Source of the DNA: Thermoanaerobaculia bacterium
Lineage (GTDB): Bacteria > Acidobacteriota > Thermoanaerobaculia > UBA5066
DNA: 64,000 nt
Reading direction: 5' to 3'
Assembly (NCBI GenBank): GCA_963816185.1
Contig: CAWFJJ010000029.1
Span: forward strand, 352,001-416,000
Made by a program: the position numbers and the translations under genes. The notes under the pieces are model-generated. The model searched no databases and was not told where the DNA came from. It worked only from the letters and a program-made list of their open reading frames with translations. This document shows positions 1 to 13,535 of the stretch, piece by piece (the stretch's first letter is position 1; each line of letters starts with the position of its first letter).

Positions 1-1408
1 CTCCGTCCGCGTTCGCAATACCGGACATGGCGCGTGCGACCTGCAGCGCGGACACGAGGACGGGCCCCTGGCCGATCGCGACGGAGATCGTCTCGCCGAG
101 ATACCACGGGTGCTTGCGGGCTGCGAGGCTCCAGGCGGGCGAAGGCACGATGCCGCTCTTTTCGCTGGAAAGGTCGATGCCGGTCGGTCGCCCGAAGCCG
201 AAGAGCCCCGCCGCCCCGGCGATCGCGTCGATCCCGAGCCGCTTGCCCATCGTGTAGAAGTACGTATCGCAGGACTCCTGAAGAGCCGTTACGAGGTCCA
301 CGGATCCGTGATGGCTGTGACAGCGGAAGAAGCGCCCGTAGAACGTGGCGCCGCCCGGACAGAACACGCGCTCTTTGGGGTCGATCCCGTGCGTGAGGAT
401 CGCGTATGCCATGTAGGGCTTCCAGATGGAGCCCGGCGAGTACACGTTTTGCAGCGCGCGGTTGTTGAGCGGGTGCTCCGGGTCCGCGACGATGCCTTCC
501 CATTCGGGGCGGCTCACGCGCTTCGTGAAGAAGTTCGGGTCGTACTCGGGAGCGGAAAGAAGCGCGAGGATCTCGCCGGTCTTCGGGTCGAGCGCCACGA
601 CCGAGCCGACCTTGTCGGCGAAATAGTCCTCGGCGATCTTCTGGAGCTGAAGGTCGATCGTCAGCCGCAGCGTGTTCCCGGGCGACGGCGACTCCTCCCC
701 GATTTTTCCGACCTCGCGGCCGAATGAATCGATGACGTACGTGCGCGAGCCCGAGAGCCCGGCGAGAAGGTCCTGATACGTCGCCTCGACGCCCTGCTGA
801 CCGATCGCCTCGCCGGGGCGCGGAGGATTCGTATCGAGGGGGCGCGCTTTCGTGCGCGCGGCCACCTGCTCGGCCGTGGCCTCGCCGAGGTGGCCCAGGA
901 GATGAGCCGCCGCGGTGCCTTGCGTGTATACCCGGCGCTCGGTCTTCTGGACGACGAGCTCCGGATGCTCGAGCGAACGCGCCTGGACGGCGCCGACCTC
1001 GGAGATCGTGAGGTTCTCCTGGAGAACGACGGGCACGAAGTCGTAGTACGAGCGATCGCGTTCGACGCGGTGTTTGAGGTCGTCGAACGGGCGGTTGAAG
1101 AGCTCGGCGACGAAACGAAGAGAGGCATCGAGATCCTTAGTCTCACGACGGAACAGCAGAAGCGTGAAGGAGGGTTCGTTCTCGGCGAGAACGACGCCGT
1201 TGCGGTCGAGGATGAAACCCCGCGGCGCCGTGACGGGCACGCGGCGCAAGCGGTTGTTCTCGGCCTGGCGCTCGTAGGACTCGCCTCGGAGCACCTGATG
1301 GACCCAGTACACGCCGGCCAGAAGGCCGATGAGAACCCACGTGCCCCGCACGATGATGTCGATGCGCGAGAGAACGGGACGGCGGTCTTCGCGGGCGCTG
1401 GCTGCCAT
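1..1408 (-). CDS. mrdA: Penicillin-binding protein 2 (3' end runs off the window)
   Basis: Not in the ORF track because its stop lies outside the window. Manual translation from ATG at 1408, which overlaps the mreD stop: MAASAREDRR...TM helix...ENNRLRRVPVTAPRGFILDRNG, with the active-site motifs YSPGSIWK (SxxK) and SCDTYFY (SxD). Lies directly downstream of mreBCD. Confidence 0.93.
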   Translation of the reverse strand, partial: MAASAREDRRPVLSRIDIIVRGTWVLIGLLAGVYWVHQVLRGESYERQAENNRLRRVPVTAPRGFILDRNGVVLAENEPSFTLLLFRRETKDLDASLRFVAELFNRPFDDLKHRVERDRSYYDFVPVVLQENLTISEVGAVQARSLEHPELVVQKTERRVYTQGTAAAHLLGHLGEATAEQVAARTKARPLDTNPPRPGEAIGQQGVEATYQDLLAGLSGSRTYVIDSFGREVGKIGEESPSPGNTLRLTIDLQLQKIAEDYFADKVGSVVALDPKTGEILALLSAPEYDPNFFTKRVSRPEWEGIVADPEHPLNNRALQNVYSPGSIWKPYMAYAILTHGIDPKERVFCPGGATFYGRFFRCHSHHGSVDLVTALQESCDTYFYTMGKRLGIDAIAGAAGLFGFGRPTGIDLSSEKSGIVPSPAWSLAARKHPWYLGETISVAIGQGPVLVSALQVARAMSGIANADG

Positions 1409-1911
1409 CAGCCGAGCCTCACGCGCCGGCGCGCGGCGCGCCGCTCTTTCCAGGGGATGCGCGACGCCGCGTAGAGCAGGCCGCCGAGCCCTCCCGTCGT
1501 CGCGGCGCGCGCGACGAGCCGCCAGGGATCGGGCGGAAGAAGCTCGCCGGTGAGCACCCAGATCAGAAGGGTGAGCGTCGCGGCCTCCACGACCACGGCG
1601 CCCGCGAGGAGGCCGCCGACGGCCAGCGGCTTCTCGACCACGGTGCGCGCGCCCACCGTGGCGAGGAGATATCCGATCAGGATCTTCGAGAACGCGTAGA
1701 GGCCGAGCAGCCTGCCGGGCCCGAAGAGGCCATCCTGGAGAAGGCCGGCCGGAAGAGCGGCCAGCATCGCCGGCACGGCGGTTCCGCCGCGCGCCATGTC
1801 CGCGACGACGAGAAGGAAGAGGTCCGGAGGGGCCGGCATGTGGATCGCGCCGAGCGCGAGCGTCATGAGGACCGCGAGAGAGAGCCCGACGGCGACGCGG
1901 AGAGGCTTCAC
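1408..1911 (-). CDS. mreD: Rod shape-determining protein MreD
   Basis: Hydrophobic 167-aa protein with PDLFLL and GLLQD motifs, located between mreC and mrdA. Confidence 0.85.
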   Translation of the reverse strand: MKPLRVAVGLSLAVLMTLALGAIHMPAPPDLFLLVVADMARGGTAVPAMLAALPAGLLQDGLFGPGRLLGLYAFSKILIGYLLATVGARTVVEKPLAVGGLLAGAVVVEAATLTLLIWVLTGELLPPDPWRLVARAATTGGLGGLLYAASRIPWKERRAARRRVRLG

Positions 1912-1927
1912 AGGGCGCGCCTCCCGC

Positions 1928-2797
1928 TCAGTGTCGGTCCGCCACGGCGTGGCCCGAGGTGACGTCGGATTTCCTCACCGGAGGCAGGACGAACACGAGA
2001 GATTCGCCATGGGGATCGGCCGCGGCCGAGACCTGGATCTCCCAGAAGAGCGTCTTGTTGCGGCGGACCGATGCGACGCGGCCGACCGGGAGCCCGCCGG
2101 GGTAGACGCCGTCCGTGCCCGAGGAGACGACCGCATCGTTCGATTCGACGGGCTCGATCGTCGGCACGTACTCGACCGACACGCTTTCTTTCCCGTCGCC
2201 TCTCGCCACGGCCGCTCGTCCGCCGCTCGTCCCGTGCCTCAGGAGCACGCCCACGGCCGCCGTGTTGTCGGAGAGGAGCTGCACGCGCGCGGTCCGGGGG
2301 CCGAGGGCGATGACGCGGCCCAGGAGCCCGCCTCTTGCGAGGACGACACCGTCGAGCCGGAGGCCGTCAGACGCGCCGCGGTCGAGGAGCGCGGTGCGGA
2401 AGGGCCCGCTCGACTCCACGGCGATGAGCCGCGCGGGGATCGTTCCGGGCGGCGGTGACGGCTGCTCGCCGAAGAGCTCGAGGAGGCGCCCCTTGTCCTC
2501 TTCGGCGTCGCGCAAGCGGAGAAGCTCCCCGCGGAGCTGCTCGACCTCGGCGGTCAGCGCGCGATTCTCGACGCGCAGCGCGCGCCGCGACGCCGCCCAG
2601 GTCCCGACTTCCTGAAGACCGGAGCGCACGGACGTGACGAGGTCGACGAACGGGGAGACGGCCGTGAGGAGCCAGCTCTCACCTACGGTGCGTCCGCCGG
2701 GCCGGCGCACCTGAAGCGACAATGTGACGAGACACAGAGAGAGAAGCACCGCGAGGAAGATTTCGGGGCGGCGTTCGGCGAGAGTCGGGGCGGCCAC
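1928..2797 (-). CDS. mreC: Rod shape-determining protein MreC
   Basis: N-terminal TM helix, coiled coil, and LDRG..DG, GLLGRV and SSGTDGVYPGGLPVGRV motifs. Confidence 0.93.
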   Translation of the reverse strand: MAAPTLAERRPEIFLAVLLSLCLVTLSLQVRRPGGRTVGESWLLTAVSPFVDLVTSVRSGLQEVGTWAASRRALRVENRALTAEVEQLRGELLRLRDAEEDKGRLLELFGEQPSPPPGTIPARLIAVESSGPFRTALLDRGASDGLRLDGVVLARGGLLGRVIALGPRTARVQLLSDNTAAVGVLLRHGTSGGRAAVARGDGKESVSVEYVPTIEPVESNDAVVSSGTDGVYPGGLPVGRVASVRRNKTLFWEIQVSAAADPHGESLVFVLPPVRKSDVTSGHAVADRH

Positions 2798-2802
2798 GGG
2801 CG

Positions 2803-5317
<2,515 letters not shown>

Positions 5318-5497
5318 AACGCTCGTTTCTGGAAACCCTTACAGCGAAGCTTCTTATAGCATGTCAGACACTTGGCATGCCCTCCCGGCGCGACGGGGCG
5401 AGTGTAACTTTACCGCCGTTTGCCTCTGGGGTATCGTCATTAATTCCTTCGGGCCCCGTGGCATGCGCCCCGGATGCGCCCGTCTTCGGAGAACAAG

Positions 5498-7444
5498 ATG
5501 CTCAAGGCGCTGCGTGAAAACTTCAAACACCTTCAATGGATCCTCTGGGCGGTGATCGCGATCTTCGTGATCTTCGTCTTCGCCGACTGGGGGATGGGCT
5601 CCCAGCGCGGCGGAGCCGGCGACGCGGCGCTCGCTGCGAAGGCGGGCGACATCCGGATCACGACCACCGAGTTCCAGAGGGAATACGCGTTCGCCGAGGA
5701 CCGCTATCGGCAGGCGTACGGCAAGAACTTCAGCCCCGAGCTCGCGCGGGCGATGAACCTGCCCGAGCAGGTTCTGAACTCCCTGATCGACCGCCGCCTG
5801 TTCCGCGAAGAGGCCGAGCGACTGCACCTCAAGGTGACCGACGACGAGCTCACGCAGCACATTCTCGGCATCAAGGACCCGCAGAGCGGCAAGGCGCTTT
5901 TCGTGAAGGACGGGGCCTTCGTCGGCGACGCGGCCTACCGGCGCATTCTCGCGGCGAATCATCTCGTGCCGCAAAGCTTCGAGGAGCAGCAGCGCGAACA
6001 AATCCTCCTCGAGAAGCTGAACCGGTTCTTGACGGAAGCCGTCGTCGTGTCCGACGACGAGGTGAAGACCGAGTTCGAGAATCGACACGTCAAGGCGAAG
6101 ATCGCATGGGCGCTCCTGCCCGTCGTCACGGCCGCGCAGTCCCCCGTCTCGGACGCGGAAGCCGAGGCGTTCTTCAAGGCGAACCCGACCCCGTACCTGC
6201 AGCCGGAGAAGCGCAGGGCGAAGTACCTCCTCGTCGAGTCGGCGAAGATCAAGCCTACGATCCAGGTCTCGGATGCCGACGTCGCGGCCGACTACGCCGC
6301 GAACGCGGAGAGCTACCGCAAGGGCGAAGAAGTGCATGCGCGGCACATCCTGTACAAGGTCGAAGGCGGAAACGACGCCTCGCAGAAGGCGAAGGCGGAG
6401 GCCGCAGTGCGAAGGCTCAAGGCCGGCGCGGACTTCGCGGCGCTCGCGAAGGCCGAGTCGGACGACCCCGGCTCGAAGGCGAACGGCGGCGACCTCGGCT
6501 CCTTCCCGAGGGGCCGCATGGTGAAGGAGTTCGAGGACGCGGCCTTCTCCGCGAAAGAGAAGGAGATCATCGGGCCCGTGAAGAGCTCGTTCGGGTACCA
6601 CGTCATCCAGGTGCTCGAAAAGACAGGGGAGCGCGTGCAACCGCTCTTCGAGGTCTCGGCGGGCATCCGCGCGCGCCTGCAGGAGGATCGCGCGCGCGAC
6701 GAGGCCAAGCGCCTCGCCACCGGCCTCGCCGAGAAGGTCGCGAAGATGGGCAAGCCGTCCGACGACGATCTGCGCAAGCTCGCCGGGGGCGGCGTGACGT
6801 TCAACGAGACGGAGCTCCTCGCGCGGACGGACGCGCCCCAGGGCATCGGCTTCAACCCGCAGTTCAACGAAAAGCTGTTCTCGCTCAAGGAGGGCGAGAC
6901 GGCCTCGACGCCCGTTTCCACGGCGCGCGGCGAGGCCATCATCAAGCTCGTCGAGGTCAAGAAGCCCGGTCTCCCGGCGTTCGCCGAGGTCAAGGCGCGC
7001 GTCATCGCCGACATCCAGAAGAAAAGGCAGGACGAAGCGACGCTCGCGTCGCTGAAGCAGGCGATGACCCCGGCCGCGACGCTCGAGGACATCGCGAAGA
7101 AGCTGAACCTCAAGATCGAGACGCCCGACGCGTTCGGGAAGGCCGGCCCGATTCCCGGGCTCGGCGCGCCGAAGGCGGTTCTCGACGCCGTGTTCGCCGC
7201 GAAGCCGGGCGAGCTGAAGGGGCCGATCGCCGTGGCCGAGCGCGGAGCGGTCGTCGTGCGCGTCGACAGCGTGACGCCGTTCGACTTGGCGGCGTTCGAG
7301 AAGGAGAAGGACACGCTGAAAGAGAGCCTGCGCGGCCAGAAATCGAACCGCCTCCTGCAGGCGCTCGTCCAGAAGAGACGCTCCGATCTGAAGATCGAGT
7401 TCAACCGCGAGCTCCTTTCGAAGATGGGCGGCTCGAAGGCGTAG
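5498..7444 (+). CDS. ppiD: PpiD/SurA-type membrane-anchored periplasmic chaperone and parvulin PPIase
   Basis: N-terminal TM helix, SurA_N-like region, and parvulin motifs ARHIL, DFAALAKAESDDPGSKANGGDLG and SSFGYHVI. Confidence 0.88.
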   Translation: MLKALRENFKHLQWILWAVIAIFVIFVFADWGMGSQRGGAGDAALAAKAGDIRITTTEFQREYAFAEDRYRQAYGKNFSPELARAMNLPEQVLNSLIDRRLFREEAERLHLKVTDDELTQHILGIKDPQSGKALFVKDGAFVGDAAYRRILAANHLVPQSFEEQQREQILLEKLNRFLTEAVVVSDDEVKTEFENRHVKAKIAWALLPVVTAAQSPVSDAEAEAFFKANPTPYLQPEKRRAKYLLVESAKIKPTIQVSDADVAADYAANAESYRKGEEVHARHILYKVEGGNDASQKAKAEAAVRRLKAGADFAALAKAESDDPGSKANGGDLGSFPRGRMVKEFEDAAFSAKEKEIIGPVKSSFGYHVIQVLEKTGERVQPLFEVSAGIRARLQEDRARDEAKRLATGLAEKVAKMGKPSDDDLRKLAGGGVTFNETELLARTDAPQGIGFNPQFNEKLFSLKEGETASTPVSTARGEAIIKLVEVKKPGLPAFAEVKARVIADIQKKRQDEATLASLKQAMTPAATLEDIAKKLNLKIETPDAFGKAGPIPGLGAPKAVLDAVFAAKPGELKGPIAVAERGAVVVRVDSVTPFDLAAFEKEKDTLKESLRGQKSNRLLQALVQKRRSDLKIEFNRELLSKMGGSKA

Positions 7445-7460
7445 GGACGGCGGCCCTCCT

Positions 7461-8054
7461 GTGATCGCCCGTCTCTCGGGCACCGTTCTCGATCTGCGCA
7501 CGGACCGTCTCGTCCTCGACGTCAACGGCGTCGGTTACGATCTCGCGATCCCGCTCGGCACGTTCTCGGCGCTTCCACCCGTGGGCGAGAAGGCCATCCT
7601 CCACGTCCACACGCACGTGCGCGAGGACGCGCTTTTGCTGTTCGGCTTCGCGACGGCGCAGGAGAAATACGTCTTCGAGCGGCTCATCTCGGTGTCGGGG
7701 ATCGGGCCGAAGGTCGCGCTGACCGTGCTGTCCGGCCTGCCGCTGCCCGATCTCGTCCGCGCGATCGCGACGCAGAATGCGCGCGTCCTCGCGACGATCC
7801 CGGGAGTCGGCAAGAAGCTGGCCGAGCGCCTCGGCCTCGAGCTGAAGGAGAAGCTGGCGAGCTTCGGCGTCGGTGCGGGGGCCCCGTCGCCGGGCGGAAA
7901 GTCCTCGGCCGTCGAGGACGCGATCGGCGCGCTCGAGAACCTCGGCTACAAGGTCGCGCAGGCCGAGCAGGCCGTGGAAAGGGCCGTCCGCGACGTCGGG
8001 GTCGACGACCTCAACAAGATCCTCCAGGCGGCTTTGAAGTCGCTCGCCCGGTAG
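7461..8054 (+). CDS. ruvA: Holliday junction branch migration protein RuvA
   Basis: MIARLSG, DVNGVGY, HVREDA and HhH motifs SGIGPK and PGVGKK. Confidence 0.97.
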   Translation: MIARLSGTVLDLRTDRLVLDVNGVGYDLAIPLGTFSALPPVGEKAILHVHTHVREDALLLFGFATAQEKYVFERLISVSGIGPKVALTVLSGLPLPDLVRAIATQNARVLATIPGVGKKLAERLGLELKEKLASFGVGAGAPSPGGKSSAVEDAIGALENLGYKVAQAEQAVERAVRDVGVDDLNKILQAALKSLAR

Positions 8055-8078
8055 TCCTCTCCTTCATAATCACACCCA

Positions 8079-9098
8079 GTGGACGAACGCATTCTCTCGG
8101 GCGTGCTCCAGACGGCCGAGGCGGACCCCGAGGTCACGCTACGCCCGCGCGCGCTCCTGGAGTTCATCGGGCAGCCGAAGCTGAAAGAGACGCTCGGCGT
8201 GTTCCTCCAGGCCGCGCGGCAGCGGCAGGAGCCGCTGGACCACGTCCTCCTCTGCGGCCCTCCGGGCCTCGGCAAGACGACGCTCGCGCACATCATCGCC
8301 CGCGAGATGGGTGCCCAGATCCGCGTCACGTCCGGCCCCGTCCTCGAGAAGGCGGGAGACCTCGCTGCGATTCTCACGAACCTCGCGCCGGGCGACATCC
8401 TGTTCGTGGACGAGATCCACCGCATGCCGCCCGCGGTCGAGGAGATCCTCTACCCGGCGATGGAGGACGGGAAGCTCGACCTCGTCATCGGCACGGGGCC
8501 GGGCGCGCGCACGGTCGAGCTCAGGCTTCCGCCGTTCACGCTCGTGGGCGCGACGACGCGGGCCGGGCTCCTCTCCCAGCCCTTCACGTCGCGCTTCGGC
8601 ATTACGCACCGCCTCGATTTCTACGATGCCGAGGCGCTCGCGACGATCGTGAAGCGCTCGGCCGACATCCTCTCCTGCCCGGTCGAGCCTGCGGGCGCGC
8701 GTGAGATCGCGCGGCGCAGCCGCGGCACGCCGCGCATCGCGAACCGGCTTCTGCGCCGCGTACGCGACTACGCCGAGGTCGCCGGGGAGAGCGCGATCAC
8801 CGAGCGCGGAGCGGAAGTCGCGCTCGACAAGCTCGAGGTGGACCAGCACGGCCTCGACGAGATCGACCGCCGCATCCTCACGCTCGTCATCGAGCGGTTT
8901 TCCGGCGGGCCCGTCGGCCTCTCGGCGCTCGCGCACTCGCTCGGCGAGGACAAGGGAACGCTCGAGGATCTGTACGAGCCGTTCCTCCTGCAGTCCGGCT
9001 TCCTGCAGCGGACGCCTAAGGGGCGGGTGGCTTCCGCCCTCGCGTATCGCCACCTCGGGCTGAAGCCCACGGCAGGCTCGGGCACGCTCTTTGGCTGA
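8079..9098 (+). CDS. ruvB: Holliday junction branch migration helicase RuvB
   Basis: LRP, Walker [22 protein letters not shown] and [12 protein letters not shown] motifs. Confidence 0.98.
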   Translation: MDERILSGVLQTAEADPEVTLRPRALLEFIGQPKLKETLGVFLQAARQRQEPLDHVLLCGPPGLGKTTLAHIIAREMGAQIRVTSGPVLEKAGDLAAILTNLAPGDILFVDEIHRMPPAVEEILYPAMEDGKLDLVIGTGPGARTVELRLPPFTLVGATTRAGLLSQPFTSRFGITHRLDFYDAEALATIVKRSADILSCPVEPAGAREIARRSRGTPRIANRLLRRVRDYAEVAGESAITERGAEVALDKLEVDQHGLDEIDRRILTLVIERFSGGPVGLSALAHSLGEDKGTLEDLYEPFLLQSGFLQRTPKGRVASALAYRHLGLKPTAGSGTLFG

Positions 9099-10008
9099 GA
9101 GCGGCGGCCCGCGGCGGGGCCTCCTCGTCTACAACCCGACGGCAGGCGGCGCTGGCCGGCGCGCGGACGTGCCGGGCGTCGTCGCGCGCGCGGCCCGGCG
9201 CGGTCTCGAGCTGCTGCCCCTGCCGACCGAGCGGCCGCGTCACGCGACCGAGCTCGTGTCCGCGCGCCTCGGGGAGGCTCTCGACCTCGTGGCGGTGGCG
9301 GGCGGCGACGGAACGGTCGGCGAGGTCGCCGAGGCCCTCCTCGGCACCGACGTGCCGATCGCGATCCTCCCGACGGGAACGGCGAACGTCGTCGCGCGGG
9401 AATACGGCCTCGGCCGCACCGTGGCCGAGGGGGAGCGCGCGCTGACGTCCTCCCGTGTCAAGCCCCTCACGGTATGGCACGCGGCGGGCCGGACGTGCCT
9501 CATCGGCGCGGGCGTGGGGTTCGACGCGCGCGTCATGAAGAACGTCGTCCCCTGGCTCAAACGCGCCTTCGGACGGACCGGGTACAGTTGGACCGCGACC
9601 CTCGAATGGCTGAAATACGAGTTCCCGCCGATCGAGGTGACCGGTGTGGACGCCGAAGGCGCGTCCTTCTCGGTGGAGGCGAGGTTCGTCCTCGCCGCGA
9701 ACACGCGCCGGTACGGCGGCGACCCGATCCTGTCCCCGTTCGCAGACCCGGCGGACGACCTCCTCGATCTCGTTTTGTTCGGATCCCGCTCCCGCTGGAC
9801 GCTCATGCGCTGGTACGGCCGCCTCTCGCGCGGAAAGGCCGCGCACCTTTCGGTCGAAGGCTGCTCGCGCCTCGCCGTGCGCCAGTTTGCCGCTCGCTCG
9901 CTCGCGGGTTACGAGCTCGACGTGCAGGTCGACGGCGACGCTGTCACGACGACGCCCTTCGCGATGGGCCCGGCCGCGGGCCGCGTGCGAATCGTCGTGC
10001 CGGAGTGA
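9091..10008 (+). CDS. Diacylglycerol kinase (DAGK/YegS) family lipid kinase
   Basis: NPTAG, GGDGT, PTGTANV and QVDGD motifs. Confidence 0.9.
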   Translation: MAESGGPRRGLLVYNPTAGGAGRRADVPGVVARAARRGLELLPLPTERPRHATELVSARLGEALDLVAVAGGDGTVGEVAEALLGTDVPIAILPTGTANVVAREYGLGRTVAEGERALTSSRVKPLTVWHAAGRTCLIGAGVGFDARVMKNVVPWLKRAFGRTGYSWTATLEWLKYEFPPIEVTGVDAEGASFSVEARFVLAANTRRYGGDPILSPFADPADDLLDLVLFGSRSRWTLMRWYGRLSRGKAAHLSVEGCSRLAVRQFAARSLAGYELDVQVDGDAVTTTPFAMGPAAGRVRIVVPE

Positions 10009-10039
10009 GCGCCGCTAAAATCCCGCCGAAGGAGGACTC

Positions 10040-10261
10040 ATGAGACGGATCGCTCTCGTCCTCATCCTGCTCGGCGTCGTGGGATTCCTCGTCGCCTCCA
10101 GCCAGCGCAGCGGTTACGAAAGCGTGGAGGGCCGGATGAAAGCTACGTTCTCGAAAGAGGAGCGCGGCAAGCGAGACATGGCCGCGACGGGGCGCTGGGT
10201 CGCCCTCGCGGTCGCGGCGATCGGCGCCGTTCTCTTCTTCGTGCCCGAACGGAAGGGCTGA
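10040..10261 (+). CDS. Small membrane protein with two TM helices, function unknown
   Basis: GGAGGA RBS and two hydrophobic segments. Confidence 0.7.
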   Translation: MRRIALVLILLGVVGFLVASSQRSGYESVEGRMKATFSKEERGKRDMAATGRWVALAVAAIGAVLFFVPERKG

Positions 10262-10293
10262 ACGAAACTCATCTGGTCGAGAGGAGGCGTGTC

Positions 10294-10848
10294 ATGGCGA
10301 GGTGGTTCTTCGAGCCCGGGCACACGGCGGCGGAGTTCTGTGCGCGGCACATGATGGTCTCGTGCGTCCGCGGTCACTTCAAGAACGTGCACGGCACTCT
10401 GGAGTTCGACCCCGGGAACCCGAAGGTCTCCTCCGTCAAGGTCGAGATCGACGCCCGCGGGATCTGGACCGGGGAGCCGCAGCGTGACGCCCACCTGAAG
10501 AGCGCGGACTTTCTGGACGCGGAGCACCAGCCCACGATCACGTTCTCCGGAAACGAGGTCGAGCTCGTGGGCGACCACGACGCGCTCGTCACCGGCGATC
10601 TCACGATCCGCGGGAAGACGAAGAGGACGACGCTCAAAGTCCGCTACCTGGGGGAGTGGTCCACTCCCTGGTGGGAGGACGGCGTCGACAAGGGCCCGAA
10701 GCTCCGCGCCGGCTTCCTCGCGACGACGACCATCAACCGGCACGACTTCGGCGTGAGCTGGAACTCCCCGCTCGACCGCGGCGGCCTCGTCGTGGGAGCC
10801 GAGGTCGAGATCATCCTAGACGCCGAGGCGATCCGGGAGACGGCCTAA
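10294..10848 (+). CDS. YceI family (polyisoprenoid-binding) protein
   Basis: HT.AEF.ARHMMVS.VRG.F, RDAHLKSADF, GDLTIRG and INRHDFG motifs. Confidence 0.93.
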   Translation: MARWFFEPGHTAAEFCARHMMVSCVRGHFKNVHGTLEFDPGNPKVSSVKVEIDARGIWTGEPQRDAHLKSADFLDAEHQPTITFSGNEVELVGDHDALVTGDLTIRGKTKRTTLKVRYLGEWSTPWWEDGVDKGPKLRAGFLATTTINRHDFGVSWNSPLDRGGLVVGAEVEIILDAEAIRETA

Positions 10849-10858
10849 GGGACTTCCC

Positions 10859-12460
10859 TCAGCTCTTCCGGTAGTGGCAGCCCCGTGAGACCGGGTTCTT
10901 GAATGCCGCCGTCGCGATCAGGTGCGAGGCGCGCACGCCGTGGAAGAGGTCCACGATTTCCTTCGAGATCCGCGTCACCTGATAGAAGCGCAGGATGCGC
11001 TTCTCGAGGTCGCGCAGGTCGGCCACGGCGCGCGCGAGGCGCGCCGTCGTGCGCACGATGCCGACGTAATTCCACATCGTGTTGCGGATCGTCGCCCAGT
11101 CCTGCTGCAGGAGAGCCGGGTCCTCGTTCTGCGCCTCGCCCGGCGACTTCCAGTCCGGGATCGCGCGAAAGACGCTCGCCGGGTTCCCGCTCCCTTTCTT
11201 GAGGCCCCGCGCGATGGATGACCCCGCCGCCTCGCCCCAGACGAGGCCCTCGAGAAGAGACGTCGAGGCCAGGCGGTTCGCCCCGTGCACGCCCGTGCAG
11301 GACACCTCGCCCACGGCGTACAGCCGCCGGATCGTGGTCCGCCCCTCGAGGTCCGCGAGGACTCCGCCGCAGTGGTAGTGCGCTGCCGGCACGACGGGGA
11401 TCGGCTCGGTCGCGATGTCGATGTCGAACTTCTCGCACGTGGCGGCGATCGTCGGAAAGCGCTCGCGGATGCCCTGTCCGTTGTGGGCCTTGTAGTGATG
11501 CGCGAGGTCGAGGTAGACGCAGGGCTCGCCGCGCGTCGTCATCTCCTCGACGATCGCGCGCGTCACGACGTCGCGCGGCGCGAGGTCCTTGAGCTGCGGA
11601 GCGTACCGCTGCATGAACGCCTCGCCCACGCGGTTCACGAGCACGGCGCCTTCGCCGCGCAGGGCTTCCGAGATGAGGAACCCCTCGGCTTCGGGGTGAT
11701 AGAGCGTGGTCGGATGGAATTGCACGTACTCGAGGTTCAGCGTGGCCGCGCCCGCCCGCTCGGCCATCGCGAGGCCGCCGCCGATCGCATGGCGCGTGTT
11801 CGTAGTGTGGAGGAAGAGCCGCCCGACTCCGCCCGTCGCCAGGACGGTGAAATCCGCGAGGACGGTGTGGACTTTTCCCTTCCGGTCGAGGACGTAGGCG
11901 CCGAGGCAGGGGTCCTGAAGCGCGTACCGCTGGGCGACGTCGCGCGAGTGGTGGCGCGCCGTGATGAGGTCGATCGCGGTCGCCTCCGTGAGCAGCGTGA
12001 CGTTTCTCTCGGAGGTGAGGTGAACGAGGAGAGCGTTCTCGATCGCCCGCCCCGTGGCGTCGGCCGAGTGGACGATGCGGGCGATCGAGTGCGCGCCCTC
12101 GCGCGTGAAGTCCAACTCGCCGTGCGTCGTGCGCGAGAAAGGCACGCCGACCGTATCGAGCAGGATGTCTTTCACGACCTCGGGGCCGCGCCGCGCGAGA
12201 GACGCGACCGCCTCCGGCTGGCAGAGACCCGCCCCGGCCCTGAGGATGTCCTTGACGAGAGAGCGCGGCGAGTCCTTCTTCCCGAAGTAGATGATGCCGC
12301 CCTGCGCCCACGCCGTGTTGCAGTCCTCGGGCTGCTTCGCCTTCGTGAGGACGACGACCTTGACGCCGCGTCGCGCGAGCGTGAGGGCGGCGGTCAGGCC
12401 CGCGATGCCCGTGCCGAGCACGAGGACGGGCGTGTGAACGCGCGAGGGGAAGGCTTTCAT
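10859..12460 (-). CDS. nadB: L-aspartate oxidase
   Basis: GTGIAG, AQGGI, EGAHS, QFHPT, SEALRGEG and HGANRLASTSLLE motifs. Confidence 0.96.
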   Translation of the reverse strand: MKAFPSRVHTPVLVLGTGIAGLTAALTLARRGVKVVVLTKAKQPEDCNTAWAQGGIIYFGKKDSPRSLVKDILRAGAGLCQPEAVASLARRGPEVVKDILLDTVGVPFSRTTHGELDFTREGAHSIARIVHSADATGRAIENALLVHLTSERNVTLLTEATAIDLITARHHSRDVAQRYALQDPCLGAYVLDRKGKVHTVLADFTVLATGGVGRLFLHTTNTRHAIGGGLAMAERAGAATLNLEYVQFHPTTLYHPEAEGFLISEALRGEGAVLVNRVGEAFMQRYAPQLKDLAPRDVVTRAIVEEMTTRGEPCVYLDLAHHYKAHNGQGIRERFPTIAATCEKFDIDIATEPIPVVPAAHYHCGGVLADLEGRTTIRRLYAVGEVSCTGVHGANRLASTSLLEGLVWGEAAGSSIARGLKKGSGNPASVFRAIPDWKSPGEAQNEDPALLQQDWATIRNTMWNYVGIVRTTARLARAVADLRDLEKRILRFYQVTRISKEIVDLFHGVRASHLIATAAFKNPVSRGCHYRKS

Positions 12461-13446
12461 GTCTTCTTTGGGCGGCGACCGGTCGTCCGGGGAGGCCGCC
12501 GGGGATTTCTCAGATGGCGCGTGAGGTCGGGCGGCACGGCGGACGCCCTGCGCCGCGCCCGTTGACCGCTCTTGTCGACCTCCAAAGCGATGTCGATCGC
12601 CCGTGCCGAGTGGGTCAACGCGCCCGCCGACACGAAATCGACGCCGGCGTCCGCGGCGGCGCGGGCCGTCTCGGGCGTCATGCGGCCGGAGGCTTCGGTC
12701 GTGACGTCGCGACCCGTGGCCTCGTTGAAGAGATGGACGTCTTCGACGGCTTTCCGAATCGCATCCGCCGTCATGTTGTCCAGGAGCACCCGCTCGGCGC
12801 CCGCGTCGAGCGCCTGATGCACCTCGTCGAGGGTGCGCGCCTCCGCCTCCAGAAGGAGCCCGTGGAGGCGGTGGTTCAGCGCGCGAAAGTCTCCGGCGCG
12901 CCGCGTCGCCTCCCAGGTCGAGCCGGCGCCGTCCGCGTGGTTATCCTTGACGAGGAAGCCGCCGGAAAGACCGGGGCGATGATTCGTGCCCCCGCCGCAG
13001 CGCACGGCGTAACGCTCGAACGCGCGCAGGGAAGGCGTCGTCTTCCTCGTGTCGAGAAGGACGGCCTTCGTACCCTTCAGAGCGTCGACGTAGGCACGGG
13101 TCATCGTCGCGATTCCGGAGAGCCGCTGGACGAGGTTGAGCCCGATGCGTTCGGCCGCGAGCACGGTGATCGCCGGCCCTTCGATCTCGGCGAGAACCGC
13201 GCCCGGCTCCACGAGGTCGGCGTCCGAGACGCCGAGCGTGACGCGGGCGGGCGGGGAGAGGAAGGCGAAGAGGCGGGGCAGGAACGCGGCCCCCGAAACG
13301 ACGGCGTGCTCGCGGCAGACCATCTTCGCGGCCACGCGCGCGGCCGGTCCGAAGACCGCGAGGGACGTGACGTCCTCGCCTTCCTCGGCGAAGGCGCGCG
13401 TCAGGAGATCGTCGAGGGCGGCCGTGAGGGTTTTCGGGAGGCTCAT
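12457..13446 (-). CDS. nadC: Nicotinate-nucleotide pyrophosphorylase (carboxylating)
   Basis: ED, LSGIAT, DTRKTTP, KDNH, LLDNM and GALTHS motifs. Its stop overlaps the nadB start. Confidence 0.95.
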   Translation of the reverse strand: MSLPKTLTAALDDLLTRAFAEEGEDVTSLAVFGPAARVAAKMVCREHAVVSGAAFLPRLFAFLSPPARVTLGVSDADLVEPGAVLAEIEGPAITVLAAERIGLNLVQRLSGIATMTRAYVDALKGTKAVLLDTRKTTPSLRAFERYAVRCGGGTNHRPGLSGGFLVKDNHADGAGSTWEATRRAGDFRALNHRLHGLLLEAEARTLDEVHQALDAGAERVLLDNMTADAIRKAVEDVHLFNEATGRDVTTEASGRMTPETARAAADAGVDFVSAGALTHSARAIDIALEVDKSGQRARRRASAVPPDLTRHLRNPRRPPRTTGRRPKKT

Positions 13447-13535
13447 CTTGAGCTTGCAGAATACTTGACGGCCCGATTCCTCCGGTTTCGGAACATAATT
13501 CACCGTTTGCGCCGTCATCTCTCGAGGAGGAACTC

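Noticed and set aside
7461-13446. ruvAB without ruvC and nadBC without nadA
   Set aside because: Split arrangements are common, and the missing genes may lie outside the window.
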